From positions 210,261 to 274,260 of the forward strand of contig JACPOP010000015.1 in assembly GCA_016191465.1 (NCBI GenBank): a stretch of 64,000 nt of DNA, written 5' to 3'. Source of the DNA: Chloroflexota bacterium. Its GTDB lineage: Bacteria > Chloroflexota > UBA6077 > CF-72. The notes under the pieces are model-generated. The model ran no database searches and was not told the origin of the DNA. It worked only from the letters and a program-made list of their open reading frames with translations. Positions 55,288-62,608 of this stretch are shown piece after piece. Both the position numbers and the translations under genes were made by a program. The first letter of the stretch is position 1. Each line of letters opens with the position of its first letter.

Positions 55288-56772
55288 TCAGCGGCCCATG
55301 GACAAGATCGTGACGCTGCGCGTCTGGGTGCCGAAGCGGCGGGCCGCGGCCACATCGGGGAAGAAGATGTCGAAGATGTTGCCCTTGACGGCGCTACCCG
55401 TGTCCTCTACGACAAACACGATGTCTTCGTACCCTTCGATCTGGATCCGGGTCCCGAACGGGTAGAGACGCGTGTCGGCAGCGACCGTGCCCCAGCGGGT
55501 GGTGGCGCCGGATGCGGTGCGGCTGCTGGATGCTCCGGCGCCGGGCGCGTAGCCGGTTACCTTGGCGGTGACAACCTGGACGCCAGGCGGCGCCGCGGCA
55601 GGCGCAGGCGCCGCCGGTGCGGGTACAGCGGTGGGTGGCGCCGGTGCCCGGGTGGGCGCTGCCGCGGGAGCGGGAGCGGGGGCGGGAGCGGGGGCGGGAG
55701 CGGGGGCGGGAGCCGTCGCCTGCCGCGCGGCAGGCGTGGCTGGCGCGGCAGCCGCCGGTAGAGCCGGCTGGGCCGGCACCGCCGGCTTGGCTGCACTGCC
55801 CTCGGGAATGATCAGCGGGGTGCCCACGTGCACCAGGTTGGGGTCCGCGAATGCGTTGGCTGCCAGCAGGGTCTTCAGGTCGAGGTCGTATCGCCAGGCG
55901 ATGTCTGCCAGTGTCTCGCCAGCCTGCACGACGTGTTCGCGCGAGCGTCCAGGCACCACCTTGAGCTCGCGGCCGGGGAGCAGCAGGTCCGCGTCGTCCA
56001 AGCCATTCATCGCGATCAATGACAGGATGTCCACGCCAAAGACCTGGGCGATGCTGCGCAGCGTGTCGCCTTCGCGGACCACGTAGGTCCGCCCGGGCGG
56101 AGCCGGAGCAGGAGCGGGCCGCGTCACCGGGACGGGCGTTGTCAAGGCGGCCCGCTGCTCACCATCCTGGGCCGCGACGGGTGCTGAGCCCTCGCGCTGC
56201 ACGATTGGGCTGGCCCCGGGCACGATGATCTCCGTCCCCACGCTTACCAGGTCAGGCGCGCTGCCAAGGTCGTTGGCGGTAATGATCGCCCCGAGATCGA
56301 CGGTGTAGCGCTCGGCGATGGCGCGCAGCGTCTCGCCGGGCCGAACCGTGTGCAGCACGCCATCCACCGCTGGGATGCGTAGCTCCTGACCGACCCGGAT
56401 CAGGTCGGCGTCGGCAAGGTCGTTGGCGGCCTGAATGGTCGCGACCTGGACACCGTAGCGATTCGCCACCGAGCCGAGCGACTCGCCAGCCTCGACCACG
56501 TATACCTGGACGGGGGGACGGCGAGCCGTGCTCCCGGCGTCGGCCGTCTCCAGCGGCGTAGGAGGCGCTATCGGAGCCGGCTCGAGTACGCCCGTGCCCC
56601 GTGCGCTTTCAGGGGTGGGCCGTTGCATTGGCAGAGCGGTCGTCGAAGCAGGACCACCCTGTTCGGGGGTCCCGGCGCAGGCAGCGCTGCCGACGAGTGC
56701 AAGGGTGAGAGCCGCGAGCCCCGCCCACCTGGGATCGCTGGCGCGGCACCGGAGAAAAAAACGTATGGCCAT
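55288..56772 (-). CDS. Cell-wall protein: four LysM repeats, (Ala-Pro)n linker, C-terminal 3D domain
   Basis: Four units of Y/HxVxxGExL..IA..Y......ANxL. APAPAPAPAPAPAP linker. 3D domain TASGATTRWGTVAADTRLYPFGTRIQIEGY...VVEDTGSAVKGNIFDIFF. Confidence 0.88.
   Translation of the reverse strand: MAIRFFLRCRASDPRWAGLAALTLALVGSAACAGTPEQGGPASTTALPMQRPTPESARGTGVLEPAPIAPPTPLETADAGSTARRPPVQVYVVEAGESLGSVANRYGVQVATIQAANDLADADLIRVGQELRIPAVDGVLHTVRPGETLRAIAERYTVDLGAIITANDLGSAPDLVSVGTEIIVPGASPIVQREGSAPVAAQDGEQRAALTTPVPVTRPAPAPAPPGRTYVVREGDTLRSIAQVFGVDILSLIAMNGLDDADLLLPGRELKVVPGRSREHVVQAGETLADIAWRYDLDLKTLLAANAFADPNLVHVGTPLIIPEGSAAKPAVPAQPALPAAAAPATPAARQATAPAPAPAPAPAPAPAPAAAPTRAPAPPTAVPAPAAPAPAAAPPGVQVVTAKVTGYAPGAGASSSRTASGATTRWGTVAADTRLYPFGTRIQIEGYEDIVFVVEDTGSAVKGNIFDIFFPDVAAARRFGTQTRSVTILSMGR
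55666..55712. repeat. 12-nt tandem repeat (GGGAGCGGGGGC-type) encoding the (Ala-Pro)n linker
   Basis: gggagcgggagcgggggcgggagcgggggcgggagcgggggcgggagc, read directly. Coding low complexity, not CRISPR. Confidence 0.9.
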
Positions 56773-56799
56773 TCAGGGACGGGACAACGGGACGGCTCG

Positions 56800-57050
56800 G
56801 CTTGCGCACGAGGGGATCGACGCTGTCGCCGGGCGGGTTGTATACCAGACGGGCCACCGGTCTCAACCGCGCCGGCACGCTTCTGGCCCGTAGGAGGCCG
56901 GGCTGACGCGGTTGAGGACATTCGCCTCGGAGAGCGAATCGCACCCGGGGGCTCTGGAATGTCCACGTCAATCGACTTCATGCTTGTGGCTCGATCAACC
57001 GCGACGACGGCCCCGACCCAGCTGAGATGCTCGGCGCCCGAGCCCGTAGA
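56800..57050 (-). ncRNA. Structured leader of the LysM-3D gene, candidate ydaO-like element (unverified)
   Basis: The minus-strand RNA has CUACGGGC + GCGGUUGA twice (rc of 57042-49/56993-57002 and 56886-93/56862-70). It also has GACAGC (rc 56822-27) and CCUCGU (rc 56808-13). A 10-bp stem pairs 56862-71 with 56907-16. 654 bp here have no convincing ORF. Confidence 0.2.
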
Positions 57051-57426
57051 TTCTTCCAGGGGCGTCGTGAGGATTTGGTTTCAGGCAAGCGGGTTCGCCA
57101 CGTCGTCTGGGTGCGCGGGCCTCTGGCCCGTCCCACGCGGGCGACGCCGGAAGCGGGCGGGACGCCCGCGCACCCAGAGGTCTCGCGCTGCGGGGCGGCG
57201 CTGCCTTCAGGTGGACCTGGGTAGGATTCTCCTATCCTCAATTTGGTCGGCGAGAGAGCGGCGGACACGGGGGACTCGGGCGGATGGGGCGTAAGGTGCA
57301 TCGCCTGGACACGCCTGAGCCGCTCAATGGGCGCAGATTGGGCGGAGTGCTCCCGTGCACTGTCCGCCGCGGTCCTACGGAGCTGCATTCGGATCGACGA
57401 GCTTTTGAGGAAGGAGGAAGGCGCGC

Positions 57427-58530
57427 ATGGCGGATCGCCTGAAATTCGGGTACTTCACGCTTTCAGACAACTCGCTGGGCTACGGGGCGCGGCGAAAGAA
57501 CCCCAACACGCTCCTCAGGGAGGTCGTTGACGAGGCGATCGCCGCCGAGGGGCTCGGCTTTCACTCGGCGTGGCTGCCGGAGCACCACTTCGGCGTCTTT
57601 GGCGTGCTGCCCACACCCGCCCAGGCGCTGACGTTTGTCGCGGCGCGGACCAGCACCATCCGCCTGGCGCCCGCCACCGTGCTGCTGCCGGCGACGCAGC
57701 CCATCCGCACGGCCGAGGAGTACGCCGTCCTGGACGTGCTCTCCAACGGTCGGGCCATCTTCTCCGCCGGGCGGGGCTACGACGAGCGCGAGTACACGGC
57801 GTTTGAGATCCCCTTCCACGAGAGTCGCACCAGGTTCGACGAGGAGCTGCTGCTTATCCGCAAGCTGTGGACGGAGACGGACGTCACCTGGAGCGGACAG
57901 CACCACACGATTGCCGATCCCATCACCGTGCTCCCCCGCCCCGTACAGCAGCCGCACCCGCCGGTCTACGTGGCCTGCTTCTCCGAGCCCACCATGCGTA
58001 TGGCGGCCGAGAACGGCTTCAACATCATCTTTGCGCCGTTCGCCGCGAGCATGGTCTTCGGCAGCCTCAAGGCGGCCGTCGACAAGTTCAAGGAGCTCGC
58101 CACCGCCGCGGGCTTCCCGAGCTCGAGGGCCATGTGCTCCTATTTCACGGCGATTGCCGACACGCCGGAGCAAAAGCGTGCGGCCCAGGCGCGGCTGTTG
58201 GATTACCTGACCAACTTCATTCCGGCCGTGCCGCAGGACCCGGCCACGGCTCCGCCGACGCTGCGCTACTTCGTGGACATTGCCAACCGCGTGAAGAGCA
58301 TGAAGCCCGAGGACCTGGGCGAGCGGAGCATCGTCACGGGTACGGTGGAGGACGTTATTCGCCAGTTCGAGCAGGTGGAAGCGGCGGGTATTGAAGAGGT
58401 GATCTGCTACTTCAACTTCGCGCTCCTGCCGCACGAGGAGACGCTGAGGCAGATGGAGCGCCTGTCGCGCGAGGTCATGCCGCACTTCGGGTCGGGGCTC
58501 GGCGCGGCCACGGCCGACGCGAGGCAGTAA
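57427..58530 (+). CDS. LLM-class (luciferase-like) flavin-dependent oxidoreductase
   Basis: GGAGGAAGG SD; FGYF...EEVVDEAIAAEGLGFHSAWLPEHHF...RLAPATVLLP. Confidence 0.9.
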   Translation: MADRLKFGYFTLSDNSLGYGARRKNPNTLLREVVDEAIAAEGLGFHSAWLPEHHFGVFGVLPTPAQALTFVAARTSTIRLAPATVLLPATQPIRTAEEYAVLDVLSNGRAIFSAGRGYDEREYTAFEIPFHESRTRFDEELLLIRKLWTETDVTWSGQHHTIADPITVLPRPVQQPHPPVYVACFSEPTMRMAAENGFNIIFAPFAASMVFGSLKAAVDKFKELATAAGFPSSRAMCSYFTAIADTPEQKRAAQARLLDYLTNFIPAVPQDPATAPPTLRYFVDIANRVKSMKPEDLGERSIVTGTVEDVIRQFEQVEAAGIEEVICYFNFALLPHEETLRQMERLSREVMPHFGSGLGAATADARQ

Positions 58531-58669
58531 CGCGGGTCGCGGATTGATCGGCTGCCGCGCCACGTCACGTTGTTGGGCCCGTCCGGTCCGCCGGGTGCAT
58601 CTCGGGCGCAATGATCGTCTTCAAAGGCGGCTCGGGCGGCCGTGCCGGAGCAGCGAGCCGGGTCGTGCC

Positions 58670-59203
58670 TCAAGCCACCCAGGCGGAGGCCCCGTCACTG
58701 CGTGGGTCCGCGCTCGGGGCGTTCGCGCCGAAGCCGTGCCGGCTCGAATCGCGCGGTCCGGTGCGCTGGGCGCGCCCTCGGGGCGGTAGCGTCGCCGGAG
58801 ACTGGTCTGCCAGGATCGCGCGGACCACCTCGACCAGCTCTTCGTCGTCATACGGCTTCGGAAGCAGCCCAACGCGACCGGCGCCAGAAGCACCGCGGGC
58901 GTCTGCCAGGCGAGCGATGGCTTCACCGAGGGCATCCGAGCACAGAACCACGGGAGTTTCGGCAAGCTCCGGCAGCGCGTGCATGCTCCGGATCACGTCC
59001 CAGCCACTGACTTCCGGAAGCTGGACTTCCAGCACCACGACCGAAGGTCGAATTCGGCGCGCCACGGCTACCGCGTCGTGCCCCTGGAGCGCCGTGGCAA
59101 CCGTAAAGCCGGCTGCCTCAAGGGCCCGACGCGCCTGGTCTAAGACCCGTGGCGTGTCGTCGACGACCAGGACGGTGCGAGGGGAGGATCGGGCTGGCAA
59201 CAT
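58670..59203 (-). CDS. Stand-alone receiver (CheY-like) domain protein with Glu at the phospho-acceptor position
   Basis: VLVVDDTPRV...PSVVVLEVQLPEVSG...PVVLCSD...LLPKPYD. Canonical DD, S/T and K are present, but the acceptor is E59 (GAA, rc of 59027-29). Confidence 0.7.
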   Translation of the reverse strand: MLPARSSPRTVLVVDDTPRVLDQARRALEAAGFTVATALQGHDAVAVARRIRPSVVVLEVQLPEVSGWDVIRSMHALPELAETPVVLCSDALGEAIARLADARGASGAGRVGLLPKPYDDEELVEVVRAILADQSPATLPPRGRAQRTGPRDSSRHGFGANAPSADPRSDGASAWVA

Positions 59204-59470
59204 GATGGACGCTGAGAGCGGCGCCGCACGAAACGTACCTATTGAAAGCCTCCTGGCAGTTCGGCGGGGCGCTACAGCCTCGGCACATGGCTTGTCGCCC
59301 GTGCGTGCGGCCCGTATCCTCCGCGCCGCACGCACTGTGCCGCTTGCGTGCAGGCAAGGGATCGGAGGCTGGCTGTTCTCGGACCGGCGGCCACTTGCCA
59401 GGCAAGGCTTCATTCCACTTTTTTTGAGCTGCTCACGAAGAGCGTTTCCCAGGGAGCTTCCGTGGTCCTG

Positions 59471-60520
59471 ATGAGTTCAACTGCTTTCCGCGCCTGGCGC
59501 GCTCGCGCTGCCGCTGGTGTCGTTGCTTCGCTCCTGGCGTTGGTGATCGCCGCGCCGGCCCTCGCCCAGACGGCTCCCCCAGTACCCGCGCGGCCCGCTG
59601 CTCCCGCGGTTGCGGCGCCACCGGCTGCAACGGTTCCCGCCCCTCAGGCTCCAGCACCGGCGGTGCAGCCGACTGTGGAGTGGGTCGTGAACTTCACCGC
59701 GGCCAGCCTCGTGGCGAGTCCCGACGAAGGTGCGGAGAAAGTTGGCACCCTACGGCCGCTCACCTATCTCGAAGTGCAGGGGTATGAGGACGACTGGGCG
59801 AAGGTCTACAACCCGCGCACGCGCGCCACCGCCTACATCTCCAGCAACGTGCTTGGCCCGGCCGACCCGCCGCCAGCCTACTACACCGCGCCGGCCCCGG
59901 AGGCCATCGAGTCGATCCAGATGCCCGCCCGCATCGTCGACGGCGCGGTCGTTTCCTTCTTCCCCACGCCCGCGCCGGAAGCGGAGAGTTACCGGCTGCC
60001 GCACAACGCCTCGCTCTTCATCCAGGACAAGGTTGTTGGCGAGGATGGCGAGGATTGGTACCGCACGAGCGAGGGCGACTACGTGTCGCCGGCCAACGTG
60101 ATGCTGCCACCCGCCCCGCCGCGTACCTTCGCTGGCCGGTGGATCGATGCGAACCTGTCCACCCCGTCCGTGCTCACCGCCTACGAGGGTGACCGGGTCG
60201 TTATGACGTCTCTGGTGATCAAAGGCCTCGCGGCGTTCCAGACCTCCACCGGCGTATTCGCCATTCAGCGGCGCGTGGCTAACGAGACGATGAGCAGTGA
60301 CACGATCGGCATTCCGCGCAACGGCCCCGGTGGCTACTACCTGCAGAACGTGCTGTTCACGCAGTACTTCCTCTCGGACGGCTCAGCCATTCATTACAAC
60401 TACTGGAGCTCGGTCTGGGGCTACGCCGGATCGCGTGGCTGCCTGGGGCTGCCGTACGCGGAGAGCGAGTTCCTCTGGAACTGGGCGTCGGTGGGAACGC
60501 CTGTCTCAATTCACTACTGA
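59471..60520 (+). CDS. L,D-transpeptidase (YkuD family) with N-terminal SH3-like domain
   Basis: Signal peptide ...APALAQT; catalytic IHYNYWSSVWGYAGSRGCLGL (H...SxGC). Confidence 0.88.
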   Translation: MSSTAFRAWRARAAAGVVASLLALVIAAPALAQTAPPVPARPAAPAVAAPPAATVPAPQAPAPAVQPTVEWVVNFTAASLVASPDEGAEKVGTLRPLTYLEVQGYEDDWAKVYNPRTRATAYISSNVLGPADPPPAYYTAPAPEAIESIQMPARIVDGAVVSFFPTPAPEAESYRLPHNASLFIQDKVVGEDGEDWYRTSEGDYVSPANVMLPPAPPRTFAGRWIDANLSTPSVLTAYEGDRVVMTSLVIKGLAAFQTSTGVFAIQRRVANETMSSDTIGIPRNGPGGYYLQNVLFTQYFLSDGSAIHYNYWSSVWGYAGSRGCLGLPYAESEFLWNWASVGTPVSIHY

Positions 60521-60736
60521 CGCTAACCCCTGACGCGTGGACGCGCACCTTGCACGCTCCGGGCGTGGCGGGTGCCGTCGCGGCGCGCTTTGCCGCACGG
60601 GTTCCGCGCCCGCCCCGCCCCTCCACTCGGGTGTGTCATGCACGTGATCGAGCCTGCCTGGAGGCGGGCATCAGGGGCGGCCTAGCATGGCTCGGCGGCA
60701 CACCTCCTGCATTTGGACCTAGAGAACGGATACCCC

Positions 60737-60820
60737 ATGGAGCTCACCCTCATCTTCTCCCTTTTTGGCGCGGTCGCACTGACCCTCGTGGTTCCGGCGA
60801 TTCGCGGCATCTCTCGCTAG
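60737..60820 (+). CDS. Speculative 27-codon hydrophobic uORF upstream of corA
   Basis: ATG...TAG encoding MELTLIFSLFGAVALTLVVPAIRGISR. Locally AT-richer codons; a 7-bp hairpin (60843-49/60860-66) follows. Weak SD. Confidence 0.2.
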   Translation: MELTLIFSLFGAVALTLVVPAIRGISR

Positions 60821-60914
60821 GTCCCACCAGACTTCAGCCCGTGGCCCAGTCCAGCATGGCTGGGCCGTTCGACTTCCGCGACGGGGGCGTTGTCCGCCGC
60901 GGGGGCAGCGGTCG

Positions 60915-61931
60915 GTGATCGCTTCGGCGTTCGGCCGCCCAACTGGCTCGACCGACGCGCCGGGTCCGCTGGATCTCGCGGATGTCGAAGCGCGCACGAG
61001 AGCCGCGTTCGACTTCCTGTGGCTTGACGTCGTCGAGCCCACGGCCGCCGACCTCGCGCTTCTGGCCCGGCTCTTCGGGCTGCACCAGCTCGCGCTCGAA
61101 GACGTTGCACGTCAGCACCAGCGGCCGAAGATTGACGAGTACTCGGACCACTATTTCCTGGTGCTGTACGACGTAGCAACGCGCCCGACAGGCGTCACGA
61201 TTTCGCGTGGGCCCACCACGATCGAGCTCCAGATGTTCTGGGGCCGCGACTTCTTCGTAACGCTTCGCGCGGAGCCCTGCCCCATCGTGGACGACATCGT
61301 CTCACGGCTGCAGCAGGGGAACCTGCGCCCTGTGCTGGCAAATGCGAGTGCCAGCCACCGTTTGGTCGTGGCTGATCTCGCCTACCTCCTCATCGACGCG
61401 GTGGTGGACGGCTACTTCCCCTTCCTGGATGTTATGGCCGAGCGCAGCGAAGAGATCGAGGAGCAGATGTTCGCCACGCAGGTGCCGAGAAGCATGCTGG
61501 AGGACATCTTCTCGATGAAGAAGCAATTGATTCAGGCCCGCAAGGTCGTGGCGCCCAGCCGGGACGTGCTGAACGTCCTGCTCCGCCACGACCTCGGGCT
61601 GTTCGACTCCGAGTACGTGCCCTACTTCCAGGACGTGTACGACCACACAGTGCGGGTGATCGACAGCCTGGACACCTACCGCGACCTGTCGTCGTCGGCC
61701 ATCGACATTTACCTGTCGCTGGTATCGAACAATGTCAACCAGACAGTCAAGCGAATGACGGCACTGACGGCGATCTTCATGGTCCAGGCGCTGATCGCCG
61801 GGATCTACGGCATGAATTTCGAGAATATGCCGGAGCTCCGCTGGACGTACGGCTACCCCTGGGCGCTGGGGCTCATGGCGAGCATCGGGCTGACGATGGT
61901 GCTCGTGTTCCGCCGTATGAAGTGGCTGTGA
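60915..61931 (+). CDS. corA: Magnesium/cobalt transporter CorA
   Basis: YGMNFENMPEL (GMN motif), two C-terminal TM helices, and an N-terminal FLWLDV...LHQLALEDV. GTG start. Confidence 0.92.
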   Translation: MIASAFGRPTGSTDAPGPLDLADVEARTRAAFDFLWLDVVEPTAADLALLARLFGLHQLALEDVARQHQRPKIDEYSDHYFLVLYDVATRPTGVTISRGPTTIELQMFWGRDFFVTLRAEPCPIVDDIVSRLQQGNLRPVLANASASHRLVVADLAYLLIDAVVDGYFPFLDVMAERSEEIEEQMFATQVPRSMLEDIFSMKKQLIQARKVVAPSRDVLNVLLRHDLGLFDSEYVPYFQDVYDHTVRVIDSLDTYRDLSSSAIDIYLSLVSNNVNQTVKRMTALTAIFMVQALIAGIYGMNFENMPELRWTYGYPWALGLMASIGLTMVLVFRRMKWL

Positions 61932-61987
61932 GCTCCGCCCGAGGCAAGGAACGCCGGAGCCCCGGCGGGTACTGGGCTGGGCGCTGC

Positions 61988-62365
61988 CTAACGCAACAGG
62001 TGCGGCAGGGGCAGGCTGAAGGCGGCCGCCGAGCGAAGCGCTTGCTGGAGCTCCTCGGTGGAAGCGCCTGTCTGCACGTAGGCGTCGGCGCCAGCGGCAC
62101 GGGCTCTGATGCCGCCATTGCCTCGAAGCCCGATGCCCACGATCCCGCGCGCCAGGCGCTCTTCAGCAAGCGTTTGAATGGTCCAGGCCCCGCAACACGA
62201 AGGGAGATCCTCATCGACCAGGGCTAGCACCGGGCGCAAGCGTCGGGCCGAGGCCACGGCTTCGTCCTCCGAGGAGGCTTCACCGACCACCTCGAAACCT
62301 TCCATGGTTTCAATCGTTGCAATCAGCGCCTCGCGCACCTGGGGCTTGTGGACCGCGACGAGCAC
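61988..62365 (-). CDS. Degenerate stand-alone receiver-like domain (acidic pocket lost)
   Basis: VLVAVHKPQVREAL (DD replaced by VH)...PVLALVDEDLP...GADAYVQTG (Lys position lost). GTG 62365 chosen; the upstream part of ORF 61988..63046 is antisense to the GAF gene. Confidence 0.45.
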   Translation of the reverse strand: MLVAVHKPQVREALIATIETMEGFEVVGEASSEDEAVASARRLRPVLALVDEDLPSCCGAWTIQTLAEERLARGIVGIGLRGNGGIRARAAGADAYVQTGASTEELQQALRSAAAFSLPLPHLLR

Positions 62366-62608
62366 GGTTACCAGACCCTGGACGGGGAATTCCAAGCCAG
62401 ACACCGCTGTCTGGGCGTTCCTGGGGAAGAGCTCGATCACAGGTGAAGGGCGGGAATGGGCGACGATGCCCCGGTTCCACACCGGGTATTGTTGGAGGCC
62501 GGCCCCTGGTGACAAATCGGCCCCTCGGCGGTATGCGGACCGTACCTTCGGACGGTTCCGCGCCCGCGAGTGGCACAATCCCCCGGATGCTTCGTGCTTC
62601 GCGGGGTG

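Noticed and set aside
55562-55811. Possible CRISPR or satellite array suggested by the GGGAGCGGGGGC repeats (also ACCGCC at 19841-19870)
   Set aside because: These are short in-frame tandem repeats encoding (Ala-Pro)n and Gly10 linkers inside good ORFs. There are no spacers, no repeat-spacer periodicity and no cas genes.
56623-57388. ORFs 56623..57294 (+) and 56978..57388 (-) in the LysM-3D / LLM intergenic region
   Set aside because: Arg/Pro/Ala-rich with no motifs, mutually overlapping, and no SD. The region is better explained as structured non-coding leader DNA.
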